A stretch of 64,000 nucleotides of DNA from Coleofasciculus sp. B1-GNL1-01 (GCA_040220235.1 JAVJTO010000049.1); one strand, 5' to 3'; counted from the stretch's first letter, positions 17,636 through 28,981 are shown. The notes: generated by a model from the letters alone, not told the origin. Numbers and translations: made by a program.

Positions 17636-18712
17636 GTGTTTGATATTGCGATTATCGGTGCAGGTATGGCAGGACTGATCTGCGCTCAACAATTGTACCA
17701 AGCTGGGTATCGAGTTGTTGTCTTAGAAAAGTCTCGTGGTGTTGGTGGGCGAGTGGCAACTCGGCGGATTCAGGGAACCCCTGTGGATCATGGTGTGCCG
17801 TTTCTAGAGGCGAAGGGCAAGTTATCCCAGCAGCTAATTGAGACATTGTGCGATCGCGGCATTCTTCATCGTTGGATGGATAATCAAGATGAGTCTGAAT
17901 GTTCCTCTCCTCGATATATCGCTCCTACTGGCATGACAGCCGTTGCCAAATATCTGGCTCAGGGTTTAGATATCCGCTTCTCCTGTCGCGTCCATGCGAT
18001 CGCGCCTACCCCTGAACAAACCTGGCAGATTACCTATCATACACCTGAGGAAACTGACAACAACTTAACCGCCGCCGCCGTGGTTATGGCGATTCCCGCC
18101 CCCCAAGCGTTAACAGTGCTGGAACCCCTAGAAAAAGAGTTCCCCTCAAATTTCTTAGAGAGTCTACAGACAGTAGACTTTAATCCCTGTTTGAGTGTCA
18201 TGGCGGGTTATTCCAGCCCCCAGCAACCGCCATTAACATCAGGCTCGATCAACTGTTCACCCGATGCTAATTTAGCTTGGATTGGTATAGATAGCAGCAA
18301 ACGGTCTAATTCGACTTCATTAATCTGTGTGCTTCATAGTACGGCTGAATTTGCTCAACATTATCTAGAAGCTGCCGATTTACAGGAGGCGGGTCAACAG
18401 TTACTCACTCACGCGGCTCAAATCCTCGTTCCTTGGCTCAAGACTCCGGATTGGTTCCAAATCCATCGCTGGCGCTATGCCTTTCCCAGAACTCCCGCCG
18501 ATAAAGATTGTCTGGTGACAACTACACCCTTACCCCTCGTCTGTTGTGGCGATTGGTGTGGGCATAATTTAATTGAAAGTGCGATGAAGTCGGGATTAGC
18601 CGCCGCCGTTAAGATAAATCAACAATTGCGGCAACTTTCCTTACCCGATCAAGTCATAAGTGTTGTCGGGGCAGGTTTGATTACTATCCTTTCTTGTTTC
18701 ACCCAGATATGA
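17636..18712 (+). CDS. Renalase-like FAD/NAD(P)-dependent oxidoreductase
   Basis: IIGAGMAG, EKSRGVGGR.ATRR, HRWRYA and CGDW. Confidence 0.9.
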   Translation: MFDIAIIGAGMAGLICAQQLYQAGYRVVVLEKSRGVGGRVATRRIQGTPVDHGVPFLEAKGKLSQQLIETLCDRGILHRWMDNQDESECSSPRYIAPTGMTAVAKYLAQGLDIRFSCRVHAIAPTPEQTWQITYHTPEETDNNLTAAAVVMAIPAPQALTVLEPLEKEFPSNFLESLQTVDFNPCLSVMAGYSSPQQPPLTSGSINCSPDANLAWIGIDSSKRSNSTSLICVLHSTAEFAQHYLEAADLQEAGQQLLTHAAQILVPWLKTPDWFQIHRWRYAFPRTPADKDCLVTTTPLPLVCCGDWCGHNLIESAMKSGLAAAVKINQQLRQLSLPDQVISVVGAGLITILSCFTQI

Positions 18713-19092
18713 CTCAACCTGCCCAGTTCGGTAAGGGCGGGTTTCCGAAAAAAACATGATGAAATTTTCTCTCGGTGAAAATAAATTTATTGGGGGTTTA
18801 TACCCTGAATAAATTCTTCATAAAAGCTTTATATACAATTAGCGAAATTTATATTAAATTAAATAAAAGAGAGAGCAAACTCAACTCAAGTACATAAAGC
18901 CTTCATCTATCCGATGAACTTTATACGGCTCCAATGAATTGCTCTTTAAGATCAGGTGCGCTACAACTTCATACTCCTTTCGGGGTTGGAGCCGTCAATT
19001 CATAAACAGGGGTAATCTGCAAAACCGTTGAAAACGGCTGATACACCTTAGGTATCACCACAAACGCAGGTAACTTTTAGAGGGAACTACCA

Positions 19093-19950
19093 ATGACAAC
19101 CAGTGCAACTGCCATCAAATTCATTCTTACACCCGTAGCACTTTCAGCCGCCGTATTTGCAACCTTGACTCTACCCCTCAATCTATTCGGTTCCAAACCT
19201 GTGACGGTTCAAGTTCAAGAAGAGCCGCTTTTTTTTGGCGAATTGAAAGACTTTGCACCTCAGTATCTAGGGGTAGCGGGCTTACTGAGCGCAGGGGTGG
19301 GACTCACAAGTGTAGCCATGATGGGGTGGCAACAGTCAAATCGGAAATCGGCTGTCGTCGAACAAAAACTTGCCCAATTAACCCAGACATTAGACGAAAA
19401 GCAAAAACTGCTGGATAACATCAGAAGCTCACAATCTCAGTTAGATGCGTCTGGGCTACAAAACTGGTTGGATAAACAGGCGACAGAATTAACCAGTACC
19501 CCAGTAAATCAAGACACTCAGACACCTGCACCCGTAAACGCGATGGAGCAAGACACTCCAGAGATAGAAGAAGTGTCCTTACAAACTGCATTAGAGGAAC
19601 AGATATCGTCTCAAGCGAATTCAGCACCAGTAGATGTGATTGAGACGCCGCCGCCAGTGGAATCTCAGGTTATTAGTGAGCAACCGATTACCTCCGCTCA
19701 AGTCAACTCGATGCAAGCACTAGCCGCATCCTTAGCATCAGCTCAAGCTGTTTTCGGCAATACCCCACCCCAAGATGCACAACCGTCATCGCCAACAACC
19801 TCAGAAGTTGAGAGAATAGACCATCAACTCGAACAAATGATGGCACAGATTGTCTCGATGCGACAGGCGCTACAGTCAAATCAGTATACTGTTCAAAATA
19901 CGGTTGAGGAAGATAGCGAACGGCATCATGGTTTAAAGTTAGTCAGTTAG
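19093..19950 (+). CDS. Hypothetical membrane-anchored coiled-coil protein
   Basis: Two N-terminal hydrophobic segments, a coiled coil and a low-complexity tail; AGAGGGA SD. Confidence 0.75.
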   Translation: MTTSATAIKFILTPVALSAAVFATLTLPLNLFGSKPVTVQVQEEPLFFGELKDFAPQYLGVAGLLSAGVGLTSVAMMGWQQSNRKSAVVEQKLAQLTQTLDEKQKLLDNIRSSQSQLDASGLQNWLDKQATELTSTPVNQDTQTPAPVNAMEQDTPEIEEVSLQTALEEQISSQANSAPVDVIETPPPVESQVISEQPITSAQVNSMQALAASLASAQAVFGNTPPQDAQPSSPTTSEVERIDHQLEQMMAQIVSMRQALQSNQYTVQNTVEEDSERHHGLKLVS

Positions 19951-20033
19951 GAAAAAAGGGAGATGGCGTGGCACAACTAATGTGTGGATAACGCTTACAT
20001 CCAAACACTGTAGGGGCGCACCGACGTGCGCCC

Positions 20034-20215
20034 GTGTCAACTTAAGGTGAAAACTTTTCCCTGTAAGACTTTGAATTTCGTCGCCTTAATCTTAACCCCC
20101 CTTAATCCCCCCGGTGCTTTGGGGGGAAATGTTCCCTCCCCTTGATAAGGGGAGGGTTAGGGTGGGGTAGAGTCAAGGTATTGCTTGGGTTTTTCCGCTT
20201 AAGTTGACACCAATG
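20034..20215. mobile_element. MITE-like element GTGTCAACTTAAG...CTTAAGTTGACAC(CAATG), copy 1
   Basis: 13-nt terminal inverted repeat; a second copy lies at 51893-52175. Confidence 0.7.
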
Positions 20216-20359
20216 ACCGACGTGCGCTCGATTTAATAGTAAAATCTATCCCACAATTTGAGCGTTGTTATATAGCATTACCAAGGCAGGCTAGGACATT
20301 TTCTACTGTTCCCCATTCCCTGTTGGGATTAACTGATGTCCTTTCCGTACCTCGTGGTG

Positions 20360-21601
20360 CTATATCAACTGTTTGGCAAAAGCTAACGCCTCGTCACGAG
20401 TCGAAACTTTGCCTTCAATCCTAGCAATTTGAATCTCTGTTAGTAACTCGCCAATTTGAGGACTCGGTGGTAACTTTAACTGTTGCATCAAATCATGACC
20501 CGTTACCAAGGGAGTCGGATGAGCTACTTGATCCTCTGGGTTTAAATAACGATTGATTAAGGGAGCTATCTGCTCAACCGATACCCCTTCGCCAATGGCT
20601 AGAACCGCTAAAGCGGGAAAAACTGACCCGACAGCTTGAAAGAAAAAATACTGCTCTCTTAAGCTCATGGGTGAGGTGAGATGAGATAAAAGTTGGGGTA
20701 AGTATTGAATCATAATCAACACTGCCCGAATTTCGGCGCGGCTGTATTTTAACCGTAAAAGTTGGGCTTCTGCTGGTTCAACCTCACAGGGTAATACGTT
20801 CGTCAATTTTGCTAAACTCAACCACGATAAGGATTTGCCACTGACTGGGTTTTTCAGTTGGCTGGCTAATGTCTGCCATGTTTGAGCCAGTAGAATCGCG
20901 GCGTTATCCGTTGCCGCGATTTGGGTGAAGTTATCAGCCTTCGTATCCGGAAACCAGTGATGAAGTAATTGATCCTGCCAAGCAGCGGTAAGCCAAGGTG
21001 TTCCTTGCGGCGATTGTAGCAGGTAGTTTAATTCAACTTGTACTCGTTCGGCTGCTATGTTTGCCAGTAAGGGAGCCAATTGGCAAATTGTGGATTGAGT
21101 CGTGGGTTCTATCGTAAAACCCAGTTGAGCGGCTTGGCGATAAGCCCGCAGTAATCGTAAGGGATCATCCTGGAGATTTGCCGGGGATACCATGCGGATA
21201 ATTCCAGCACGACAATCGGCTACCCCCTGCAACGGATCAATAATTTGCTGGGTCTGGGGATTATACGCGATCGCATTAATGGTAAAATCACGTCGATACA
21301 AGTCAGTCTCTAGGGTTTCCCCTTCCTGTTGAGCAATATCAACGGTAGCGATATCAAAAACAACTCTGGCAATCTGTCGCGCTTCATCTAGCACCACAAA
21401 CCCAGCGTTGTAATGACTTGCCAGCTTGCGGGCGACTCTCACCGCGTCATGGGGAACCACAAAGTCCAAATCCAAATAGTCAGCCTGTCGTCTCAGCAAG
21501 GCATCTCGTACCACCCCACCGACTAAGCAGGCTTGAGGCGGTAGCCACTCTAGACTGAAGGGAAACCTTTGAGGAGACAGAACAGATAAGTCAGAATTCA
21601 T
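20360..21601 (-). CDS. CCA tRNA nucleotidyltransferase / poly(A) polymerase family
   Basis: LVGGVVRD, DLDF, RRDFTINA and DDPLRLLRAYR. Confidence 0.93.
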   Translation of the reverse strand: MNSDLSVLSPQRFPFSLEWLPPQACLVGGVVRDALLRRQADYLDLDFVVPHDAVRVARKLASHYNAGFVVLDEARQIARVVFDIATVDIAQQEGETLETDLYRRDFTINAIAYNPQTQQIIDPLQGVADCRAGIIRMVSPANLQDDPLRLLRAYRQAAQLGFTIEPTTQSTICQLAPLLANIAAERVQVELNYLLQSPQGTPWLTAAWQDQLLHHWFPDTKADNFTQIAATDNAAILLAQTWQTLASQLKNPVSGKSLSWLSLAKLTNVLPCEVEPAEAQLLRLKYSRAEIRAVLIMIQYLPQLLSHLTSPMSLREQYFFFQAVGSVFPALAVLAIGEGVSVEQIAPLINRYLNPEDQVAHPTPLVTGHDLMQQLKLPPSPQIGELLTEIQIARIEGKVSTRDEALAFAKQLI

Positions 21602-21728
21602 CGTGAGTAACGAATACTGGGGGACAAAGGACGAATGACATCGGACAAATCAAAAAATCCATCTTAAATAGTGGTCAATCTAGGGCTTGTCTAAGTTAGG
21701 CTAACAAAAAGGACTTGGAGTTTGGGCA

Positions 21729-21977
21729 ATGTGTATTTGCGTTAACTGCCACTATGTAGACCGATGCATCACCTATAATGCGGTGGAAACCCAGCATCAG
21801 CAACCCCATCTGACGGAAACGCCAGATTTTGAGCCGATTGAACCAACCATCAATGTCAACATCCGTCCTCAAGCGGATTTTGTCGAGATGGAATGGGATG
21901 TCGTGGGATGTAACAGCTTTAAGGAAGAAATGGGCAAATGGGCAAAACTGCGTCCAGGTGAGTTGGTGCCAACTTAA
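21729..21977 (+). CDS. ycf34: Ycf34 family protein
   Basis: MCICVNCHYVDRC.TY.AVE.QH...EWDVVGC. Confidence 0.93.
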   Translation: MCICVNCHYVDRCITYNAVETQHQQPHLTETPDFEPIEPTINVNIRPQADFVEMEWDVVGCNSFKEEMGKWAKLRPGELVPT

Positions 21978-22201
21978 GCAGTTGGATCAAAACAACTTCG
22001 CTTTTAACATAGTGGAATCAATTTTACGGTTAAATCAATGGGCGCAAGGCTTTGCGCCCCTACTGTATCATGCCACTACACCTCATCCCCTACCTTGTCT
22101 CAACCGATAACTTTAGGGCGTAAGTCCTGTTCGAGTTGACACAATTTGCCGAAATACGTGAAAATGTGATAGGTGATAAATTTTTGTAAAGGGTTTACTG
22201 G

Positions 22202-22846
22202 ATGTCTTTTGAGCTTTTATCACTGGAGACAATCCAGGAACTGGCACATCAGTACGGCTATTGGGTTATTTTCTCTGGCATTGCTTTGGAAAATACTGGA
22301 GTTCCCCTCCCTGGCGAAACCATTACTCTGGTAGGTGGTTTCTTAGCCGGAAGTGGTGAACTCAATTATTGGTTTGTGCTGGCAAGTGCCATTACTGGAG
22401 CTGTCCTGGGTGATAATTGTGGATATTGGATTGGCAAAATAGGCGGTTGGTCATTCTTATTGCGATTAGGACAGTTCTTTCGCATTCCAGAACCCCAACT
22501 TGTAGAAGTCAAACGGCAGTTTAGTGAAAATGCTGCTAGAGCGGTGTTTTTTGGGCGATTTGTGGCACTCCTACGCATCTTTGCTGGACCGATGGCAGGA
22601 ATTGCAGAAATGCCCTACTCTCAATTTTTCTTGTGTAACCTAGCGGGGGCTGCTGTGTGGGCATCCGTTATGGTCAGTTTATCCTTCTTTGTGGGACGGA
22701 TTATTCCCCTAGAAACTTTAGTCTCTTGGATGGCGAAATTTGGCATCGCGGCACTGCTGTTGGTGATTGCTTGGATAGGCGTTTCAATGTGGTTGGAGTC
22801 CCGTAAAATCAAAGATGTATCAATTAGCGATCAACCATCAGAGTGA
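22202..22846 (+). CDS. DedA family membrane protein
   Basis: LENTGVPLPGE, GDN.GY and FFGRF..LLR. Confidence 0.93.
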   Translation: MSFELLSLETIQELAHQYGYWVIFSGIALENTGVPLPGETITLVGGFLAGSGELNYWFVLASAITGAVLGDNCGYWIGKIGGWSFLLRLGQFFRIPEPQLVEVKRQFSENAARAVFFGRFVALLRIFAGPMAGIAEMPYSQFFLCNLAGAAVWASVMVSLSFFVGRIIPLETLVSWMAKFGIAALLLVIAWIGVSMWLESRKIKDVSISDQPSE

Positions 22847-23127
22847 CGATTACCGTTAAGCTGCCAACTCTCTCCTTATTGATGTGATTAGAAAAAATTA
22901 TTAATCCGTCTAAACTCTTAGAAGGAGTGCAAGAGCTGAGTTTGGCGCTTAAGCGGGTTTACTTATCCTTAAGATTTCATTAATAAAAAATCTCTCCTCT
23001 TTAGCCACTCAATTCCCCTAGATTCAAAATATTCAGCAATTTTACTGAAGCCATTTGCGACAAATGGCTGATGAAATATATCCCTAGGGATGAATAACAA
23101 TTAAAGACAAGACTGTATAACAAAACA

Positions 23128-23568
23128 ATGGAAACGCCTGTGAATATTAATCTTAGTGGAAAAGACCTCAGTGGCAAGGATCTAACGGGTGCTAACCTTC
23201 GGGGTGCTATCCTCGAAAGGACTGACCTGAGTGGCGCTGATTTAAGTGAAGCAGACCTACGGGGTGCGAATCTCAATGGTGCTGACCTCTGCTTAGCCAA
23301 CCTCAGCTACACGAAATTGACCCGCGCCCAACTCAGGGGTGCTGAATTGCTAGCGGCTGATTTAATCGGTGCTGACCTCAGGGGCGCAGATTTGAGAAAT
23401 GCAGACCTTAAGGGTGCTGATTTAACGGATGCTGATTTAAGAGGGACTGATTTGAGGGGGGTCAAATTGAGCCGAGTTAACCTCAGAGGTGCTGATTTGA
23501 GGGGGGCAAAGTTGAGTAAAGTCTATTTAATGGACGCTAATGTAAGAGGGATAAAGCTGGTAAGCTAA
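23128..23568 (+). CDS. Pentapeptide repeat protein
   Basis: A(D/N)LxG repeats throughout. Confidence 0.92.
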   Translation: METPVNINLSGKDLSGKDLTGANLRGAILERTDLSGADLSEADLRGANLNGADLCLANLSYTKLTRAQLRGAELLAADLIGADLRGADLRNADLKGADLTDADLRGTDLRGVKLSRVNLRGADLRGAKLSKVYLMDANVRGIKLVS

Positions 23569-23699
23569 TGGCTCTGTTGAACAAAGATTTTAGATTTTAG
23601 TAAATTCAAAATGCTAAAATCTAAAATTCGTTGTCTTGTTGCTTAACTTACCTGTTCCCCAATCTCAACCGCCAACTTTAATGTTGTCTGACTACATGA

Positions 23700-24938
23700 G
23701 TGAATATTAAAACCGTTGGTTACTGGGTTTTGAGTTGTCTCACGGCGCTAATTGTTTGGCTAGTCTTTTCGTTTCCTAGCACGAGTCAACCGCATCCATC
23801 AGGAACGGTGAGGATAGTACTAGCCAACGGGGATAGGGGCGCTGTTGTGTCTTTGGCAAACTCCACAAGAGAGCGATCGCGAAATAATAGTGATCCGACT
23901 CCACCGTTAAACGACACGTCCTTATCCTCAACCTTACGGGTGATTACGAAGGTTTTTGAGCCATTTGTAATCTATGACAATGGCAACTATAGCGGATTTA
24001 GTATCGAACTGTGGGACAAGCTTGCCGAAAAAATGGGGGTAAGCTACCAATTGCAGGGCGTGGATACCATTGGTCAACTCTTAGAGGAAATAGAACAGGA
24101 GATGGCTGATGTCGCGATCGCGGGTGTGACGATTACGTCTGAACGGGAAGAAACCATTGATTTTTCCTACCCCTATTTTGAATCCGGGTTGCAAATTATG
24201 GTGTCTGCTCAGAACCGTAGCCTCCTCGGTACTCTTTTCCAAGGAACTTTGAGCATTTTATTGACACCAGCCCTTTATTATGCAATAGGATTTTTTGTCC
24301 TCTGTTTATTGATCGCGGCTCATCTGATTTGGTTCGTGGAACGCCAGCATAACGAGGAGTTTCCCAAATCTTACCTACCCGGTATCTGGGAATCCTTCTG
24401 GTGGGCGGCGGTAACAGTGACAACCGTGGGTTATGGAGATAAAACCCCCAAAAAGGCATTAGGACGGTTATTTGCTTTATTTTGGATGTGTGCAGGCTAT
24501 TTTATCTTTGCCTACTTCACCGCCAGTATTACCACTAGCTTCACATTGCAAGGATTGCGCGGCGCGATCGCAACGCCTGCGGATTTGCATCATGTGCGAG
24601 TGGCTACAGTGGAAAAAAGTGCGGCTCAAGAGTATCTACAGGATAATCGAGTGGCATCTATTTTGTTTAAAACCCTGCCAGAGGCTTATCAAGCTCTAGA
24701 GGATGAACGAGTGGATGCTGTGGTTTATGATGCACCTGCCCTACAGAATTATGCGACATCTGAAGGGCAAGGCATGGTTAAGTTGATTGAGCCGACATTT
24801 CAACAACAAAATTATGGGATTGCGCTACCCGAAGGGAGCCTCTGGCGGGAAAAAATTAATTTGACATTATTAAAGTTGATGGAAGATGGGACATACCAAG
24901 GGTTGTACCAAGAGTGGTTTGGCATGTCCACACAGTAG
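23700..24938 (+). CDS. GluR0-like ligand-gated potassium channel (SBP_bac_3 split by an ion-channel pore)
   Basis: S1 binding lobe (TITSERE..IDFSYPY), TM-pore TTVGYGD-TM, then S2 lobe. Confidence 0.9.
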   Translation: MNIKTVGYWVLSCLTALIVWLVFSFPSTSQPHPSGTVRIVLANGDRGAVVSLANSTRERSRNNSDPTPPLNDTSLSSTLRVITKVFEPFVIYDNGNYSGFSIELWDKLAEKMGVSYQLQGVDTIGQLLEEIEQEMADVAIAGVTITSEREETIDFSYPYFESGLQIMVSAQNRSLLGTLFQGTLSILLTPALYYAIGFFVLCLLIAAHLIWFVERQHNEEFPKSYLPGIWESFWWAAVTVTTVGYGDKTPKKALGRLFALFWMCAGYFIFAYFTASITTSFTLQGLRGAIATPADLHHVRVATVEKSAAQEYLQDNRVASILFKTLPEAYQALEDERVDAVVYDAPALQNYATSEGQGMVKLIEPTFQQQNYGIALPEGSLWREKINLTLLKLMEDGTYQGLYQEWFGMSTQ

Positions 24939-25265
24939 TTTCAACGCTGAACTTCAATGGGGTATTGTTATTCTAGATTACGGCAAGTGATAAAATATAC
25001 GGATTAAGAACGGCGAACTCACCAGTATCGCAATCTCTAAAACAGCGATTGTCCACCAGCGGATTTCTTGATAACTCATTCGCATTTTCTCAATTCAATT
25101 TACCCAATCTCCCTCAGGGAAATAGTCTTAAGCTAATCAAAGTTTGTTGAGAAAGACTATCAATTTATTTGGGTATGTTCCTTTTTACAGAGGCGACGAC
25201 TGGTTTCAGTAGCCTGTGTGTGAAGAGTGCGTGAGAAATCCGTAAAGATAGAGTGAAAAGGAGTT

Positions 25266-25301
25266 TGGGGAAGCTGGGGGAGCTGGGGGAGCTGGGGGAG
25301 C
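25266..25301 (+). repeat. GGGGGAGCT 9-mer tandem repeat followed by a GTAG-REP hairpin
   Basis: Visible directly in the sequence. Confidence 0.8.
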
Positions 25302-25389
25302 ATGTAGAGACGCGCCATGGCGCGTCTGGAAGCTGTGGAAGCCGATTGCTTGTACAGTGATCAATAGCCTCTGTGATTTTAACATTCTC

Positions 25390-26211
25390 ATGAAACGTTG
25401 GATTGTCAGTTTATGCGGTATCGTGCTAGTGCTGGTATGCTCTGGATTGTGGATAACGCCATCAGTGATGGCACAAGCCCAAATCCCTGATTTAACCCAG
25501 GCTCAGATTGAGCGGCTCAACGAATTGCGGCAAAAAGCGTTTACGGCGACACAACTGGGTGAGTTTGCCACGGCTGAAGCGTATTGGACACAACTGATTG
25601 AACTGTTACCCAATAATCCCGTAGGCTGGAGTAATCGGGGAAATGCCAGAGTCAGTCAGAATAAATTAGACGAAGCGATCGCAGATTTTAATCAATCGAT
25701 TCAGTTAGCGCCCGACGCCCCTGATCCTTATTTGAACCGGGGGACAGCTTATGAAGGAAAGGGAGAATGGGAAGCTGCGATCGCAGATTATCAGCAGGTA
25801 TTGCAGATTAACCCCGATGACGCGATGGCGTACAACAACCTAGGAAACGCTAACGCCGGAAAGGGAGAATGGGAAGAAGCGATCGCGAATTACCAGAAAG
25901 CCGTCGATTTATCCCCGGATTTTGCCTTTGCCCGGGCAAACCACGCCCTCGCCCTTTATCAAATTGGCAAGAAAAAAGAGGCAATCCTGGAACTCCGCAA
26001 GCTAATCCGCAAATATCCCCAATTTCCCGATGTCCGGGCTGCACTCACCGCCGCCTTATGGGTGAATGGGAATCAAGGAGAAGCCGAGAGTAACTGGGTT
26101 GCTGCTATTGGGTTAGATCAGCGCTATAAAGACATCGATTGGGTGGAAAATATCCGCCGTTGGCCCCCCGCGATGGTGATGGCGTTGGAGAAGTTTTTAC
26201 AGTTGGAATAA
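25390..26211 (+). CDS. Signal-peptide TPR protein
   Basis: TPR motifs (WSNRGNA, YLNRG, YNNLGNA) and a C-terminal RRWPP; ATG at 25390. Confidence 0.9.
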   Translation: MKRWIVSLCGIVLVLVCSGLWITPSVMAQAQIPDLTQAQIERLNELRQKAFTATQLGEFATAEAYWTQLIELLPNNPVGWSNRGNARVSQNKLDEAIADFNQSIQLAPDAPDPYLNRGTAYEGKGEWEAAIADYQQVLQINPDDAMAYNNLGNANAGKGEWEEAIANYQKAVDLSPDFAFARANHALALYQIGKKKEAILELRKLIRKYPQFPDVRAALTAALWVNGNQGEAESNWVAAIGLDQRYKDIDWVENIRRWPPAMVMALEKFLQLE

Positions 26212-26337
26212 TATCTGAGTTTTAGTCCATTTTAATGGACTTGAGCTATAAGCCAAGAACTTGAGTTCTTGGCAGATACTGATGTGTGGGCGCACGTCTG
26301 TGCGCCCCTACAGTTGGCTGGTCTATTCAGCTAAATC

Positions 26338-28719
26338 CTAGGACTGAATTCGCAATCTTAACACTACGGTGCTATTAACCGATTGAGAAGGACGCCACTT
26401 GAGCAAATGTCGCTTAATTAACTCAATCACATTTGCTGTTTTCAAGGTTGAAGCATCCTCATCTAACATAATCCGCCCGACGCGCCCTTTACTTAGCGTA
26501 AACTCGAAGACGATTTCACCACTCAAATTAGAGGGTAAATTCTTATGTTGCAAATATTGGGTCAATGAAAGGGTGTTACTTGGCTCTAATCCCGTGACAC
26601 TTACTACTTCTAACTTGGTATTATTGGCGGCTGGAGACGAAGGCTTTTTACCTAACTTTTTCCGAACGGCATCGATACCTTGATTAACCATTCCTTTGGG
26701 GGAAGAAGTCGGTAGAGGTGGTTTTTTTGCCTCATCTGCTTTCATCGAATACATGCCACTAAATACTGAGGGTGCTTCATTGGAAAGAGAGAGACTTTCA
26801 AGGGACATACCTGTCTCACTGGCGGAATAGGCTTGTCGTTTTGATTGAAGTGACATTGAACGAGGTGCTGCTGCACCGAAAACGCCTCGATAACTAACAT
26901 CTTCTGCCATTTCCACGGGAACATTCATGGAAACCGATTGGCTTCCGGGTTCTACGCGCACATCATCACTAACGGCAACAAATGCGGTATATTGACACAA
27001 TAACTGATAGGTTAATGCCGTATCGGTTACTGCCTCAACTCCCGATTTAGTTTCATAAGTCACCATTTGATTCATCAAGTCTTTAATCCGCGCCCGTCCC
27101 CATAATTGAGCAATGGCTGGATTTCCGGTTTCACTAAAATTGAGGTGAAATGTTTTTTGATAGCGTTCACCCTCGACGGTAGTCCCATGAATTTGTAAGT
27201 CACCCGCCATGCGATCGCGCTTTCGTCCAAATATCACTAAAGGCTGCTGGGCAAATAAATCGGGGGCGATGGCGGGGTAAATTTCTGGGGTTTCTCCGCT
27301 TCCGTTCCAGGTTAGTTCAATGGTGGTTAACACGGGACTATTAATTGAGCGGAAAAACTTTTCAACCACTTTTTCCGTCGGTTCATCGTGACGAATAGTC
27401 CGGCAAATTCCGCGTCCGATTTCAGCGATACGATTGAGTAAAAAGCGGTTAACGGAACTACCCGCCCCAAAACTATATAAGCGATTTCCGGGTTTAAGTT
27501 CCTGCTGAACTTCGGCTAAAATGCGATTCTCATTACCAATATATCCATCACTGAGTAAAACCACACTCTGCAATCGCCCCTCTGGTGCAGGAACATTAAT
27601 CGCCGCCCGAATTCCACTGAGCATTTCAGTGGCACCACTGGCGTGTAATTGATTGATATAATTGATCGCTAATTCCCGATTTTCTGGTGTATTAGCCAGG
27701 GGGGTTTGGGAGAGATGGCGGACGGTATTAGAAAAGTCAAGAATCGTGAATGTATCGTCAGGATTTAACCCCTGAATAAAGCGCCGCATCAGTTCTTGAC
27801 ATTTGTGCAAGGGTGCGCCTTTTTGAGAACCAGAGGTGTCCATGAGAAACACCACATCTTTGGGAAAAATCTGATCAGGGCGATAGTCTAAGGCGGGAAT
27901 AAAATAAAGGGCAAAATGTCCGCCCCGTTGATCAGATTGGGTTAAGACGGTGGCTTGGGTATTGTCTCCAGCAACTTGATATCTCAGGATTAAGTCTTTA
28001 TTTGGAATTGTGTCATCACCACCCAGTTGTACCCGGACAATTTCTCCTTGAGTTTCTATCTGCAACTGATGAGAAGGGGAATGGACATTGTGAATGGGTA
28101 CACCTGCATCAATTTCTACTGTAACGCCGATATCGTGTGCCGATCGCAATCCTTCGGGTACGATGGGGGGTGTGATTCGGGAAGCATCGGGGACTTCATC
28201 GGTATCGCCACTTTCATCAATGGTTGCACCCGGAATATATCGAAGTCCCACCACCATGGGAAAAACGAATTCATAGTCCCCTTGTTCAAAGTTCAAGCTA
28301 TCGGTGTAGCGAATCGTGACATCAATTTCTTCACCCGGTTTGATATTAGCCAGGGATTGAGTAAAGATATTAGCGCGTTCTTGTTCCAGTAATCCGGCGG
28401 TGCGCCCTTCTTGTTTAGCTTGTTCGTAAATCTGTTGGGCTTCTTCCCGCTTTTTAATGGTTCCTTTAATTATGCGATCGCCAATTTTAATTTCCATGTC
28501 ATCCACGGCGGCTTCATCGGGTAAGGGGAAGACATAGATAGCTTCTAGCGGTTGGGTAAAGGGATTCTCAAATCGCTGCGTTACCTCAACTCGTGACAGG
28601 TTTCCGGCAATTTTCGCCTCAACCTCGGTATGCTTGAGGGGAAAAACCAGAGAGTTTCCCTCTGGAGATTGACAGTATAAGCCGTTGTATTTAGGGGGGG
28701 TAGATTGAACGGAGGTCAT
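26338..28719 (-). CDS. VIT and vWA domain protein
   Basis: VIT domain (LEAIYVFPLP..AV), MIDAS DTSGS, LLSDG and LWGRARI. Confidence 0.92.
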   Translation of the reverse strand: MTSVQSTPPKYNGLYCQSPEGNSLVFPLKHTEVEAKIAGNLSRVEVTQRFENPFTQPLEAIYVFPLPDEAAVDDMEIKIGDRIIKGTIKKREEAQQIYEQAKQEGRTAGLLEQERANIFTQSLANIKPGEEIDVTIRYTDSLNFEQGDYEFVFPMVVGLRYIPGATIDESGDTDEVPDASRITPPIVPEGLRSAHDIGVTVEIDAGVPIHNVHSPSHQLQIETQGEIVRVQLGGDDTIPNKDLILRYQVAGDNTQATVLTQSDQRGGHFALYFIPALDYRPDQIFPKDVVFLMDTSGSQKGAPLHKCQELMRRFIQGLNPDDTFTILDFSNTVRHLSQTPLANTPENRELAINYINQLHASGATEMLSGIRAAINVPAPEGRLQSVVLLSDGYIGNENRILAEVQQELKPGNRLYSFGAGSSVNRFLLNRIAEIGRGICRTIRHDEPTEKVVEKFFRSINSPVLTTIELTWNGSGETPEIYPAIAPDLFAQQPLVIFGRKRDRMAGDLQIHGTTVEGERYQKTFHLNFSETGNPAIAQLWGRARIKDLMNQMVTYETKSGVEAVTDTALTYQLLCQYTAFVAVSDDVRVEPGSQSVSMNVPVEMAEDVSYRGVFGAAAPRSMSLQSKRQAYSASETGMSLESLSLSNEAPSVFSGMYSMKADEAKKPPLPTSSPKGMVNQGIDAVRKKLGKKPSSPAANNTKLEVVSVTGLEPSNTLSLTQYLQHKNLPSNLSGEIVFEFTLSKGRVGRIMLDEDASTLKTANVIELIKRHLLKWRPSQSVNSTVVLRLRIQS

Positions 28720-28981
28720 GGTTATCTGTCCTGTTTTATCGGAGTTTTTTGATTGAAAAAAATGTAGTTAAACTTAGCTGGGTTGTAATAGGGTTATGGT
28801 AACCTGATTTTCACTGAACGGCATATTAGAGAGAATGGCACTGGCGCGTCTGTGTGTAGGGGCGCACGGTGTGCGCCCATTCTAACAGTAAAATCTATTC
28901 CACAATTTTAGCTTTGTCAGGGTGAGTAAGGGTACGGCAGTGCCGTACCCCTACAGGTGGGGTTGTAAGCTGTAAGCTGTA

